Source: a virus. Taken from it: 64,000 nt of DNA. Under the pieces are notes generated by a model. It saw only the letters and a list, made by a program, of their open reading frames with translations. It did no database searches and had not been told where the DNA came from. How positions within the stretch are numbered: the stretch's first letter is position 1; every line of letters begins with the position of its first letter. A program made the translations under genes and the position numbers. This document shows positions 1 through 10,319 of the stretch, in pieces. Location of the stretch: positions 1-64,000 of the IMG/VR virus record IMGVR_UViG_3300023174_000003. One strand, written 5' to 3'.

Positions 1-2
1 AT

Positions 3-521
3 GAACAAGAAGCAAATTTAATTCGTCAATCAAATGCACGAAGTCAATTTGGAAAAAATTATAAAGTAAACGGTATTGAATATGATGTAAAAACAGGACG
101 TGCAATAAACCCACCTGCCAATGTATTTATACCAGCCCGTAGTGATAGTGGTTTAGTCCCACCCGTTTCTACAGGTAGTGGCCAATCTAATGCCGCTGGT
201 ACACCAGAGCAAAGACGTAATGTATCACAACGAGCAATGATCGTTGATGCACTATCTGCGCCCCCCGTGGGTCTTCCCACTGGAGCAAATATTCCAGCCA
301 ATACCATGTCATCTGACGCTCAGTTATATCCAACTGAATTAGCAGCAAGATATGGACAAGAACAGGCCTATGGTAATGAGCTTTTGAAAGCAGGTACTTT
401 GGTTCCTAGGCTACAAGAAGCTGGAGCAACACCTGGAATGGCCCCAGAAAATTTTGCTGCATGGGCAAAAGCAAATCCTGGCCTAGCTATACGTTTACTA
501 GGACAAGCACAAGGAGGTTGA
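3..521 (+). CDS. hypothetical (likely virion) protein, 5'-truncated by window edge
   Basis: Frame is open from position 3 through the tracked 237..521 ORF. Confidence 0.7.
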   Translation, partial: EQEANLIRQSNARSQFGKNYKVNGIEYDVKTGRAINPPANVFIPARSDSGLVPPVSTGSGQSNAAGTPEQRRNVSQRAMIVDALSAPPVGLPTGANIPANTMSSDAQLYPTELAARYGQEQAYGNELLKAGTLVPRLQEAGATPGMAPENFAAWAKANPGLAIRLLGQAQGG

Positions 522-522
522 C

Positions 523-1227
523 ATGTCATTAGAAAATTGGTATACATTTTTAACGACACCTAAAATAACGCAACTTAGCAAAGGAAAAATTCCTGTATTT
601 ACAAAAGAACAAGCAGCAGGATTGCTCGGAAATTTACGAATTGAAACAGGAAGACCTGATTTTAAAAACTTAGATGTTGTAGAGGCAGGATCTGGTGCTG
701 GCCGTGGAGCAGCTCAATATACTGGAGTAAGAAGAGCTGCATATGACAAAGCTCGTCAAGCAGCTTTAAAACAAGGCATTGATCCCAATAGTACTGATTT
801 TCAACAACAATATTTTGTTAACGAGTACCTTGGTAAATATGACCCAAAACCAGGAGCAAGTTTAATTGGCTGGACACAAACTTTTGAAAAGATGCCAAAA
901 TCTGGCACTCCGGCTAGTTATGCAAAGTATTTCTCTGATCAATATTTTCGCCCAGGTGAGCCACATCTAGAGAACCGTCAAAAAGCCGCTGGAGATATTC
1001 TTAAACAAGTCTCTTCTTTTGCCACTCCCTCTACTACAACTATTTCGGCTCCCCCTCCTGTACCTACTAATCCTATAGACAAAGGGAATGATTTGGCTCG
1101 ACGTTTATTAGAAATGATTAAATTAAAAGTACCAGGTGGCCCCTTGAGTCAAGCTCCTGATAACATAGAAGAAGGGCTTAGCCCCCTAGGCAATTCCCCC
1201 CTGGATCAATATTTGTACAACATTTAA
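523..1227 (+). CDS. phage tail lysozyme-like (Phage_lysozyme2-type) virion protein
   Basis: AAGLLGNLRIETG...GAGRGAAQYTGVRR...A.YF...YFRPG.PH...R pattern. Confidence 0.7.
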   Translation: MSLENWYTFLTTPKITQLSKGKIPVFTKEQAAGLLGNLRIETGRPDFKNLDVVEAGSGAGRGAAQYTGVRRAAYDKARQAALKQGIDPNSTDFQQQYFVNEYLGKYDPKPGASLIGWTQTFEKMPKSGTPASYAKYFSDQYFRPGEPHLENRQKAAGDILKQVSSFATPSTTTISAPPPVPTNPIDKGNDLARRLLEMIKLKVPGGPLSQAPDNIEEGLSPLGNSPLDQYLYNI

Positions 1228-1228
1228 A

Positions 1229-1528
1229 ATGGCACGTTTTTCTGACTACGTAAATACAACCGATACCATTCTTCCAGGAGATGTATACAAATCTGAACGA
1301 AAATTGCTTGGTTTATCTCTTCCAGATCCGCAAACAATTTTTAATTACAATGTAAGAAAAAAAACAATTTTTAAACCAGAATCTTATTTTGGTTCTCCGG
1401 CAGCTGCACCATCTACTGATTTATTTCAAAACTTTTTAAACTTACAGCAAAACCCGGAAGCCTTGGCTAATGCTCAAATGCAAATGCCAATGACTCCCTT
1501 TGGCCCTTTATCACCAGGAATGGTGTAG
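1229..1528 (+). CDS. hypothetical protein
   Basis: ORF tightly coupled to upstream gene. Confidence 0.6.
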   Translation: MARFSDYVNTTDTILPGDVYKSERKLLGLSLPDPQTIFNYNVRKKTIFKPESYFGSPAAAPSTDLFQNFLNLQQNPEALANAQMQMPMTPFGPLSPGMV

Positions 1529-1559
1529 AATTTAAAATATAAGAATTAAGGTAAAAAAA

Positions 1560-2345
1560 TTGTCCTCAACTTCTTCAAATAAACAACCTCTGTTTATTGA
1601 CCGTCCGTTATTTGATTCGGTGCGAGTCACAACACAAACCGTTGGTAGCACCAGTACCAATACTTTGTTTGTACAAGGGGGTCAAGCTCCGTCCATCCTT
1701 GTTGATATGGATGCAACCCTTAGCGATGATATGAATAGTGGCGCTGTAGTTGACTCAATCTCTATTGTTCGCAATGATAGCTACAGGGCTGCTGATTACA
1801 CCGTAAGTGCAACTACCTCAGGCACACCAATTTCCTTGGTTAGTGGTCAAATTGTTTACGTAACAACCACTAGCAGCTTTACTGGTGCAGGTTCAGCAGC
1901 AAGCGGTCTTGGATATTACACATACACTGGAGCTACTACGTTGACAGGGGTAAACACAACTCTTGTCTACTCAGGTGGTACAGCATCTGGTTTTAATTAT
2001 GCCAACATAAGCTATGGTGTGCAACCTGCTGTAACTTTTGTGTTCTATCACACCCGTAACACAACTGTACCTATTCCAGCCAGTGGTGACTACAGACTAC
2101 TGTTTTCCAAAACAGTCCCTGCAAACAGTGGTGTAGTTGACTGTTCTGATGTGATGCCCCAACTGGCCACTCCTACCGCCTCTGCGGGCAATACCAATGG
2201 TTTGGGACCTACGGCACCTTTACGTAACAAAGGCATCTACCTGGAGCGAGGAGACCGCATCTACGTGGGTGTATTCCCTGATGGTCCCCATACAGCCGGT
2301 TATATTCCCGGTGCACAGGTCTATGCACAAGGTGGTTTCTTCTAG
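1560..2345 (+). CDS. putative virion structural protein
   Basis: S/T/G-rich beta-type sequence in late gene block. Confidence 0.55.
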   Translation: MSSTSSNKQPLFIDRPLFDSVRVTTQTVGSTSTNTLFVQGGQAPSILVDMDATLSDDMNSGAVVDSISIVRNDSYRAADYTVSATTSGTPISLVSGQIVYVTTTSSFTGAGSAASGLGYYTYTGATTLTGVNTTLVYSGGTASGFNYANISYGVQPAVTFVFYHTRNTTVPIPASGDYRLLFSKTVPANSGVVDCSDVMPQLATPTASAGNTNGLGPTAPLRNKGIYLERGDRIYVGVFPDGPHTAGYIPGAQVYAQGGFF

Positions 2346-2347
2346 AG

Positions 2348-3904
2348 ATGGGCTTTAAGGGAGCAAATAGCTTCGGGTCTTTTGAACGTAAGAAAGACTT
2401 TGTTGTTAAAAATGTTACCCCTATCACCACTGAATTTTCTAAAGGAAGTGTCCGTGGTTCTATTGCTGCTGTAAACAGAGAATCTGCTTGGACAAGATGG
2501 CGTCGTGGCTATGAGCTATCCTCGTCCAGCTCTTATGACAACGCATATCAATATAGATTTATATATGATATTCCGTTCCCTTCAGGGACAATAACACCTT
2601 CTGGCACTAATCCCGTCTCGACTGTTTCAGGTGCATTCAAAGGATTTCCAACCACAGCAAAAGAATTTGGTATGCACTGGGCTGGTGTTCGTAACCAGGG
2701 CAACATGCGTACTGATGAGTTATTTGATTCGTTGGGTGAAAGACTTTCAGTTGTAAATGTTACAGAAGACAATTATTTCTGGTACGTACAACTAAAGGGT
2801 ACTTGGAGTTCAAGCAACCCGTTACCCGCACCCTTGTATGCCACAGTCTCTGGTGTTACCACACCACTCAAACCAATGAATGGTGAGATCCTAGAGGACA
2901 GGATAATCACAGTCAGTGGCACACCAATAACAGCAACTACAATCAATCCTAATACACAAAAAAGATATGGCTATGTCCAGGCTGTGCTAGTTGACGTAAA
3001 TCAAGATGCAGGAATTCTTAAATTAAAAAAAGCTGGGTCCGTAGAAGTAACACATGACAAAGCATTTTTAACACCAGCAACTAAGCCACCTGCTATAGGG
3101 AGATTTTTAATTACTGGCAATAGATATGCTTGCACTTGTCAAGACTTCACACATAGAGATTACTTCTTTATGTCATCAATCAATAACACAACTAGAAAAT
3201 ATTTTCCGTATTCAAGTGTTACATCAATCAAACCCGGACGTTATGAAAACATCACACTAAGTGGTGAGCTTGATAACAACACAACATCATATTCATTAAA
3301 TGACAGGGTAATGAATGTTGTTGCGCCTTCAGCTACGTATCAACTATTAGATGACATTGCTATATCAGAAGTAAATCGTTTAGCAACAAGAGACAACCCC
3401 GGTGTATTTAGAGACTTTGGCGCCACTTATGTACGTAGCACAACAGACTTATCACTCCCTGGTAATACAGCGGAAGGCATGCCTGTGTACACAGACTACT
3501 CACAAGAGCAGAATGTAATTACAAGCTTGGGCGATAACTGGGCACCAGTGTTAGATGAAATGCGTTATTGCAAACATATCTATTCAATGAAGTTTCAGGA
3601 ACATGTGTTTCCCCCTGAACCTTCTGATTTTCCCGTAGGAATGGATTCAATGGCTGAGTGGGAGCAAAAACTGGTACAAGAAGCAGAAGATAATCAAAAA
3701 CAATACCAAGCATTTAACGTAACCAAAAAAGCATTAAGTTACATGGATGTTCCACCATACAACTGTCAATCTCCTGTGATGGCTCCAATGTTACAAAAGT
3801 TGTTTAACATTCCAAATCAAATTGTCAGCCTGTCAGGCTTCAGAATGATTGACAAAACGGGACATATTTACATACCAGCTTCAGGAGAAAAGCCTTCTCT
3901 GTAG
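2348..3904 (+). CDS. putative structural protein with split SWIM-like Zn motif
   Basis: CTCQDF ... YCKHIY separated by about 140 aa. Confidence 0.55.
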   Translation: MGFKGANSFGSFERKKDFVVKNVTPITTEFSKGSVRGSIAAVNRESAWTRWRRGYELSSSSSYDNAYQYRFIYDIPFPSGTITPSGTNPVSTVSGAFKGFPTTAKEFGMHWAGVRNQGNMRTDELFDSLGERLSVVNVTEDNYFWYVQLKGTWSSSNPLPAPLYATVSGVTTPLKPMNGEILEDRIITVSGTPITATTINPNTQKRYGYVQAVLVDVNQDAGILKLKKAGSVEVTHDKAFLTPATKPPAIGRFLITGNRYACTCQDFTHRDYFFMSSINNTTRKYFPYSSVTSIKPGRYENITLSGELDNNTTSYSLNDRVMNVVAPSATYQLLDDIAISEVNRLATRDNPGVFRDFGATYVRSTTDLSLPGNTAEGMPVYTDYSQEQNVITSLGDNWAPVLDEMRYCKHIYSMKFQEHVFPPEPSDFPVGMDSMAEWEQKLVQEAEDNQKQYQAFNVTKKALSYMDVPPYNCQSPVMAPMLQKLFNIPNQIVSLSGFRMIDKTGHIYIPASGEKPSL

Positions 3905-4020
3905 GTTTTTTGTAGTATAATATAACGAAGACTAATCAGTCTTAAGGAATTCAAGGGCTAGTTACATTGCACCAGGCTGGCCCGTTGGTTAAAGTCTAGG
4001 CAACAACATGCGTACTTCCC

Positions 4021-4446
4021 ATGACCTACACTGTTTCCCCTCCCCTCGACCAGAGGGTAGTTGACGATTTCTTTCATTTATTAAGAAGCCGTAAGACCAG
4101 TAAACTAGCCTGGTTTTATGGCATGCTTGCAACCTATGGGGTAAAACCAGAAAATTTAAAAGGGTTTACCTGGAACGACGACGGAACAATTAACGTCTCA
4201 AACAAAAAGAAACCTGTACGACCCATGCATCCGCAATGGGTTTTTTTGTTTCAACTCAAAGAAAAGCAACCCCCAAATCTTGAGAGTTGCTGGAGAGACG
4301 CTTGGTTACTTATCTATGAAGCCATGGCATGTAAAGAAGTTCAATGCAATGTGATTGAACTGTTACTTGCTTATAAGATGCGTAAAGCTTTCTATAAGCC
4401 TGCTAAACCATTGACTCAGACATCTCCTGTTCCCGCTTACGCATAG
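4021..4446 (+). CDS. degenerate tyrosine-recombinase-like catalytic-domain fragment
   Basis: MLATYGVKPENL..FTW resembles box I (YGLRPxE); ELLLAYKMR resembles a decayed LRHAYAxR; only 141 aa. Confidence 0.5.
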   Translation: MTYTVSPPLDQRVVDDFFHLLRSRKTSKLAWFYGMLATYGVKPENLKGFTWNDDGTINVSNKKKPVRPMHPQWVFLFQLKEKQPPNLESCWRDAWLLIYEAMACKEVQCNVIELLLAYKMRKAFYKPAKPLTQTSPVPAYA

Positions 4447-4630
4447 CACGTTGTACAGACCCACGGTTCCACAGATAACTATCCCTGGAGTAGGTCTTGC
4501 CCTTGAATGCAGCATAGTGGGGCCCCAGCTTGAGGGTGCCATCATCACGCATGCGGAATAGAGTCTGACGGTCAATGCTGAGCGCATCAGCCATTTGATT
4601 GGCTGTCACCCATTGAGCTGTTGCGGCCAT
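4403..4630 (-). CDS. excisionase/MerR-like HTH DNA-binding protein
   Basis: WVTANQMADALSIDRQTLFRMR..G.LK.G.HY winged-HTH pattern. Confidence 0.7.
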   Translation of the reverse strand: MAATAQWVTANQMADALSIDRQTLFRMRDDGTLKLGPHYAAFKGKTYSRDSYLWNRGSVQRAMRKREQEMSESMV

Positions 4631-4764
4631 GTGAAAAAACCGTGTGCATTCCTACATTACACAAAAATTTTAGCTTTGGTAGGTACTTAAGAAAGAATTC
4701 GTAAGTTTACGTTTCTTTACAGAAGCTAGGCCATCTTAAAATTAGGTAATGGCAATTATAGAGT

Positions 4765-5133
4765 ATGTTCGCAACAGAGCATGACCCTCTCGCCTTACTG
4801 ATTGAAGTCACACCAAAGTCTGCTAAACGCCGTTTCCGAGAAGAAATCTACAAGTCCTGGGACCACTGCTGTGGTTATTGCGGAGCCCCAGCCACAAGCC
4901 TGGATCACATTATACCTAGGTTTAGGTCTGGGTCAAGTAACTCTAACAATTTATTGCCATCTTGTCAGAAGTGCAACAGTAATAAAGGATCGATCAAGAT
5001 GGAAGACTGGTACCCAACACAGGATTATTTCTGTGAAGAGCGTATGAAAAAAATTAAAGAATGGATGAACCAAGAACTATTTAATATTTTCCAGTACACT
5101 GGTGATTACGTGACGTACAAGCAGGCAAGTTAA
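4765..5133 (+). CDS. HNH endonuclease
   Basis: CGYCG...SLDHIIPR..SG.....NLLPSCQKCNSNKG. Confidence 0.9.
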   Translation: MFATEHDPLALLIEVTPKSAKRRFREEIYKSWDHCCGYCGAPATSLDHIIPRFRSGSSNSNNLLPSCQKCNSNKGSIKMEDWYPTQDYFCEERMKKIKEWMNQELFNIFQYTGDYVTYKQAS

Positions 5134-7775
5134 TGGGTCTTCGTTATGATTCTAGCCAGTCAGACGGCAATAGATGGATTGTCGCAAAAGAAAAAACTGA
5201 CCATGATACACAGCAACGAACAACAGACTTGTTGGCTACAGACAACGCAGAAAAATATAGACAGGGTGTAATAGATTGGTATAACAGTATGGGCAAGCCA
5301 GTGCAATGGACCAAAGACAATCAAACACAATATTATCTTAAAGCTAATGAAGATAATATAAATAAATCAAATAACCAAACTATTTCAGAAAATAACAATT
5401 CAATAATTGCAACTAATGCTGCCAATGATGTATTAAACAGAAAAAATAGTGCAAAAAATAAATCTTATGATGCGGTCATAGATGCAGCTACAAGAGTCAA
5501 TAAAGGAGAGTATGTAGATAAAAGAGAAATAATAAGAAATGTGATTAAAGACTTACCGGATTTAACAGAAGATGAAAAAAAATCACTTCAATCCAATCTT
5601 GAAACACATTTTAAATCTTTTTATAAAACAGAAAAATTAGAAAAGTGGGATATTAATTTAGGGGCCAAACCTTTAGATGGTGATTTTGAGCCTGGCTTTT
5701 ATAAAAAACAAAATAACGGACAAGCTGCACAAGAATGGCAAAAAGCGGTAGACAATGATGATGTAGATATTGTTGACAGATATGGAGAAGAAGGTTTTTA
5801 TTTACAACACTATACAAATATTGGAAAGAAAGCAGGTGTTCGTGGCAATGCAGTAAAGCCAATAGAAGCAGCAAGCAACTATAAAGAATTAAAGCCTACC
5901 GATACAGATATTGCAGCCGTAAGAGATCTACAACTAGGTATTCCTTATGAAGCACAATCTGACAGATTGTTGAAAATAAAAGAGGTAGCTGATGCATGGG
6001 AGGCAGCAAAAAATAATGATCCATATTGGAGTAAATTAGCAAAAGAAAAATATCTTGATCCAACTGACAAAGAACAATTTACTGTTCTTTTTAGATTGTC
6101 AAACAGGCCAGAAGATAAACAAGCTGCTTTTAAATACAACTTAAATACAGGATCTGGTATCACTGAATTAGAAGACGCAATTAACCAGGCGGGGGGTGAA
6201 AAAATGCAAGTAGATGTTAAAAAGTTTTCCGTTTTAAGGCAAAATGTATTAAAAGATACCATGGCTGAAATGAAAAAAGCTAAAGCACAAGAACAGAATT
6301 TAAGTCTTTATAAAGGGTTCAGTACTTTTGGGGACATATTAAATGTTAATAAACAACTCACTGACTCTATTCTTGGTGATACGGGAGTAGGTGGAATACT
6401 CAGCCTTACCAGTGGAGGCAAAGCAGAAGAAAATCTTCAGAAAGGAATGGAAAAATTAACAGGCATAAAAAACAATGTTACATATAACTGGCAAAAATGG
6501 TTTGATGAAACTTTAAAAACAAAATATGATCAAGACCTTAGCTTAGGATACAAGGAACAAGGCATAGAAAAACAAATTAACATAGACAAAGAGTTTGCTA
6601 AAAATTATATTGACGGTTATTTAAAACCAAGATTTGATACATCACGTTCAATGGATGAATTTAACGAATATTTAGATGTTAGACAAGAAGAACAAAACCC
6701 TTTCCAAACACAAGACTTGATTAATGCTATGCAGTTAACTGCTGATACAAGAGCTAAAGCTTATTTAGACCAAGTTCAAAAAAGTGATGACAAATTTTTT
6801 GACTCTGATTTTTATTTTAATCCAGTAGGAGACAAAGCAAGAGAGACTGCCTATGCCGATCAAAAAGCAACAGTTGAAAAAGACTGGGAAGAAGCTAAAG
6901 CTGCAATTGCAGCTAACAAAGGAGACTCTTATTGGGAACAACAAGCATATAGATTTGGTGTTGATGTAAATGATAAAACACAATTTGCTCGCATGCACTT
7001 TCAAGTTAAAGGACAAGGACAAGGCTATGATGCTGCTGAAGATATACTTAATGCTAGTAAAGTAAGTGATGAAATTTACACCAAAATACTTCCTGCGTTA
7101 AAAACACAAGCAGAAAAAAGTGGCATGACACCTTGGGTAAATTTTATTAAACCAGAAGAATTTGCCGATGAAGTATTAAAAGGTGTCGATCCAACAACCA
7201 ATAAAGAAGCCTGGGACGAGATATTAAAAAGATATGGAATCAGTGACTTCAAGGGTACTGTAGATGAATTAAAATCCTATATTACTGAATCATTGCGATC
7301 AGATACAGCTACACAAATTAGAAAAGAGATAAAATATTTAAACGAAAAAAAACAAGATCCAACCCAACAATCTTTGGGAGTTACTTACATAGATAGACCA
7401 GAAGATTATAAAACAGGAACACCACCAGCAGATACAGAGTTATATAAAATTTTTCAAAAAGCAGGTTTTCAAGGTACCGAAGAAAGTTTTTATAAAGATT
7501 TTATGCCTGATGTAAATCAAGAAGACATGAAATTTTTAAACCTTGGGGCGACAAATAAATCTCTTAGTTTTTCAGGCTTTAATCCTAAAGATCCTTATGA
7601 AGCTCTTGGTACCCTGGAAAATCTTAATGAAGATACAGCGTCAACTTCTAAAAAAGAAACAACAAAAGAAGAAGATAGTCCATTTAAAATAGATATTGAC
7701 AGTACAGAAGATACCGGCTCAGACGAAAGTCAGTCCTTTCTTGGTAATTACGCCTCTTTGTTTAAAAAGAAATAA
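5133..7775 (+). CDS. large hypothetical protein (probable virion protein)
   Basis: 880-aa ORF with an internally repeated F...FY...W..A motif. Confidence 0.7.
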   Translation: MGLRYDSSQSDGNRWIVAKEKTDHDTQQRTTDLLATDNAEKYRQGVIDWYNSMGKPVQWTKDNQTQYYLKANEDNINKSNNQTISENNNSIIATNAANDVLNRKNSAKNKSYDAVIDAATRVNKGEYVDKREIIRNVIKDLPDLTEDEKKSLQSNLETHFKSFYKTEKLEKWDINLGAKPLDGDFEPGFYKKQNNGQAAQEWQKAVDNDDVDIVDRYGEEGFYLQHYTNIGKKAGVRGNAVKPIEAASNYKELKPTDTDIAAVRDLQLGIPYEAQSDRLLKIKEVADAWEAAKNNDPYWSKLAKEKYLDPTDKEQFTVLFRLSNRPEDKQAAFKYNLNTGSGITELEDAINQAGGEKMQVDVKKFSVLRQNVLKDTMAEMKKAKAQEQNLSLYKGFSTFGDILNVNKQLTDSILGDTGVGGILSLTSGGKAEENLQKGMEKLTGIKNNVTYNWQKWFDETLKTKYDQDLSLGYKEQGIEKQINIDKEFAKNYIDGYLKPRFDTSRSMDEFNEYLDVRQEEQNPFQTQDLINAMQLTADTRAKAYLDQVQKSDDKFFDSDFYFNPVGDKARETAYADQKATVEKDWEEAKAAIAANKGDSYWEQQAYRFGVDVNDKTQFARMHFQVKGQGQGYDAAEDILNASKVSDEIYTKILPALKTQAEKSGMTPWVNFIKPEEFADEVLKGVDPTTNKEAWDEILKRYGISDFKGTVDELKSYITESLRSDTATQIRKEIKYLNEKKQDPTQQSLGVTYIDRPEDYKTGTPPADTELYKIFQKAGFQGTEESFYKDFMPDVNQEDMKFLNLGATNKSLSFSGFNPKDPYEALGTLENLNEDTASTSKKETTKEEDSPFKIDIDSTEDTGSDESQSFLGNYASLFKKK

Positions 7776-8065
7776 TGTCTGACCAACACAGAAAAGCAGC
7801 AAGTGCCGCTGGCCGCTACAAAAAAGAAAGCATGCAGTGCAATAAACCTCAACGGGCTCCAGCTGGGGATACGCATAAGTGGGTTGTTAAATCATGCCAT
7901 GATGGAGAAGAAAAAATAGTTAGGTACGGCAGGCGTGGATACCAGGACTACACACAACATCACGATAAAAAACGTCGTGCTAATTTCAGGTCAAGAATGG
8001 GATGTGATAAACCAATGGATAAAAACACCCCAAGATATTGGGCATGCTCTCGGCTCTGGGGGTAA
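7775..8065 (+). CDS. small basic conserved viral protein
   Basis: KIVRYG..GYQDYTQHHD.KRR.NFRSR..C......PRYWA...LW. Confidence 0.65.
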   Translation: MSDQHRKAASAAGRYKKESMQCNKPQRAPAGDTHKWVVKSCHDGEEKIVRYGRRGYQDYTQHHDKKRRANFRSRMGCDKPMDKNTPRYWACSRLWG

Positions 8066-8110
8066 GAGTCTATGGTAAATGAATAAAAACTAACGCAATT
8101 TGGATTACTT

Positions 8111-8779
8111 ATGTATGATAGTTGTAACATGCTTACTTCCATCGTGCAGGATCTATCTACTGGCATTGAGCTAATCATGAAATATGAAGGGTTCAATGAA
8201 AAATCTTTTCCTGATCCTTCTACTGGTACAGCACCCTACACTATTGGATTTGGTAGCCAATATTATCCCAACGGTGAACCAGTAGGCAAAAGTCAGTTAT
8301 GTACGTATGAAAAAGCAGAGGAATATTTAAATCACGAAATAGATGAAATTAAAAAAGCTCTTGCAAAAGAAGTGCCTGACCTTAGTGGATACATGCTAGA
8401 AGCTTTGATTTCTTTTGTGCATTCCATTGGTTGGGAGCCTTTTCTTTATAGTGATATTTTGGATGCCATTGAAGATGAGGATCGAGAGACAGTAGCAGAC
8501 GAGATGTATCGCTGGGTTTTTGACCAGGATCATCAAGTCGTGAGCAACCTTATTTTCAGACGACGGGAAGAAATTAATCTGTTCTTAAGCAGTACTCTTG
8601 AGCAAGGACTTAATTTTGGTGGACAGCTTTTGTTAAATGCTTTTGCTCGTTATGAGAACACCTCCGGACAAAACAAAGCTATTAGGCATCTTGAAGCAGC
8701 AATCCACCCTATGGTATTAACTGAATTTATTAATCAATTTAAGTTACCAGAATTACAACAGTCTGAAATTACGGTGTAA
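8111..8779 (+). CDS. GH24 phage lysozyme
   Basis: GIELIMKYEGF...D......YTIGFG, L..RRREE; catalytic E/D/T present. Confidence 0.85.
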   Translation: MYDSCNMLTSIVQDLSTGIELIMKYEGFNEKSFPDPSTGTAPYTIGFGSQYYPNGEPVGKSQLCTYEKAEEYLNHEIDEIKKALAKEVPDLSGYMLEALISFVHSIGWEPFLYSDILDAIEDEDRETVADEMYRWVFDQDHQVVSNLIFRRREEINLFLSSTLEQGLNFGGQLLLNAFARYENTSGQNKAIRHLEAAIHPMVLTEFINQFKLPELQQSEITV

Positions 8780-8804
8780 GCTTTAGAATAGGTACAGGCA
8801 GCGC

Positions 8805-9113
8805 ATGAATTTTCCAATGGCCCCCTCTATTGAACCCCAGGATTTTGAACTTCCTTTGGAGTTCAAATTTGCTAGGCGCAAAGCAGAGCTACAAGCAGCG
8901 GAAATGACGTGGGATCAGTTGTATAGTGCTTTGTTAAATCTTTACAGCCAACGTCTAATGGAGATTACTGCCATCAAAGACATTCTAGCCGAAGAAGGTG
9001 TTAATATTGATTTTGATATCACATCAGAACTAGAACTGGAAGAACTGGCTCTGATGTGTGGCGACTACGAAGATGAAGATGAGGAAGACGAAGATAACCT
9101 TCAGCCTTTCTGA
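8805..9113 (+). CDS. nblA: NblA-like phycobilisome degradation adaptor with acidic tail
   Basis: ELPLEFKFARR...Q...MTWDQL...LLNLYSQ aligns by eye with NblA ELSLEQQF..R....Q...MS.DQ....L..LY.Q. Confidence 0.65.
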   Translation: MNFPMAPSIEPQDFELPLEFKFARRKAELQAAEMTWDQLYSALLNLYSQRLMEITAIKDILAEEGVNIDFDITSELELEELALMCGDYEDEDEEDEDNLQPF

Positions 9114-9481
9114 GAACGCTCTAGGTACCATATAGCCTTCTTAAGGGACTCATCCTGTCCTTTTGACCGTTCTCTCCAGGTGTACTTCAAAGCATTACCC
9201 TTGCAGTACCCACGAAACTCTTCAGGTGTTAATGCAGCCTGGATCGCATCAATACATTCAATATCCCCCTGGTTGTAATGAGGGGGATGATTAACCCTAT
9301 CAATTACATGCCCCGGCGCATCGCTGATAGTTTCTTCTCTTTCCCTGGTACTTGACCCAGGTCCAGCAATACTGCACCCTTCGCTAGTGGCACAGCTCCT
9401 ACTTCCATTCCCTCCTCCACACTCGGAATATATCCTGTAAGACCCGGTCGGCTGGTTTCCTGTTGCATGTTGGGTGGACAT
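9101..9481 (-). CDS. DUF3310 (SaV-like) protein; start uncertain
   Basis: VNHPPHYNQGDIECIDAI...F.GYCKGNALKY.WR...KG..ESLKKA.WYL. Confidence 0.85.
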   Translation of the reverse strand: MSTQHATGNQPTGSYRIYSECGGGNGSRSCATSEGCSIAGPGSSTREREETISDAPGHVIDRVNHPPHYNQGDIECIDAIQAALTPEEFRGYCKGNALKYTWRERSKGQDESLKKAIWYLERSQKG

Positions 9482-9702
9482 TGGTTCCCCTCTAGGGCAA
9501 GGTTTAGACGAGGGCGGCCTTCTTGCGTAGCCACCAGACCTCTATTGTACTGGTCATAAAGGGGAACGTCGTTCTCTTCGTTGTCTAATTCTGCACCAAA
9601 ATCACATTCATTCAACTGACGGCCCCCAACTTCATCAGGGTTAGGAATACCACGGCGCATGAATTCACCTAAGAAATCATCAGCATTTATTGCGTTATGC
9701 AT
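9304..9702 (-). CDS. hypothetical protein
   Basis: ORF track; overlaps 5' extension of the DUF3310 ORF. Confidence 0.6.
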   Translation of the reverse strand: MHNAINADDFLGEFMRRGIPNPDEVGGRQLNECDFGAELDNEENDVPLYDQYNRGLVATQEGRPRLNLALEGNQCPPNMQQETSRPGLTGYIPSVEEGMEVGAVPLAKGAVLLDLGQVPGKEKKLSAMRRGM

Positions 9703-9734
9703 TTGTTTAAATCTTCTTCGATTACAATATTAAC

Positions 9735-10106
9735 ATGGGACGATTCTACGAGCCACGTAAGGATTCACCAAAGGGTTATATCCCCGGTGGATATGATCCC
9801 TCAGTGGATGCTGGTACATCTGCAAGTGATACATCTGACTTAAGCCCTGGCGCAAGTTATAACGTTGATACGCGTCATTTAGATACAGAAGAACAAAAGA
9901 CAGCGGGACGTGCTGATACCAGAAATCAAAAGCAAGAAGAACGCGTACAAAAGTTCATGGCAGCAGCAAAGTCTGCAGGTAAGTTTAAGCAAAGTGCCGC
10001 TCTCCGTGAACCAACTAGCGCAGATCAAGGAGAGGTATTTTCACCCGTAGGCAGTACGCAATATTCAGCTAAGCCTAAAAGTACATACGGCCTACCCTTC
10101 GTCTAG
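9735..10106 (+). CDS. hypothetical protein
   Basis: ORF preceded by TACAAT box. Confidence 0.6.
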   Translation: MGRFYEPRKDSPKGYIPGGYDPSVDAGTSASDTSDLSPGASYNVDTRHLDTEEQKTAGRADTRNQKQEERVQKFMAAAKSAGKFKQSAALREPTSADQGEVFSPVGSTQYSAKPKSTYGLPFV

Positions 10107-10319
10107 GTAGTTACTGTAGTCTTGCATCTCCAAAGCATCTTGCAAGTGGGTAAACATTTCTTTAATTGTATTCAAGACCCACTGTACATTTTTAGTGCGA
10201 CTTCGGCTAAGAGCCGCACGTAACATATCATTCTCCTGGTGCACCACAGCATCAGTAATAATTTGTAATATTTCCAACCGTTGGTTTACATCTTCAGGGT
10301 CAAGTTTCATACTCGACAC
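10092..10319 (-). CDS. hypothetical protein
   Basis: ORF coupled to dcd. Confidence 0.55.
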   Translation of the reverse strand: MSSMKLDPEDVNQRLEILQIITDAVVHQENDMLRAALSRSRTKNVQWVLNTIKEMFTHLQDALEMQDYSNYLDEG

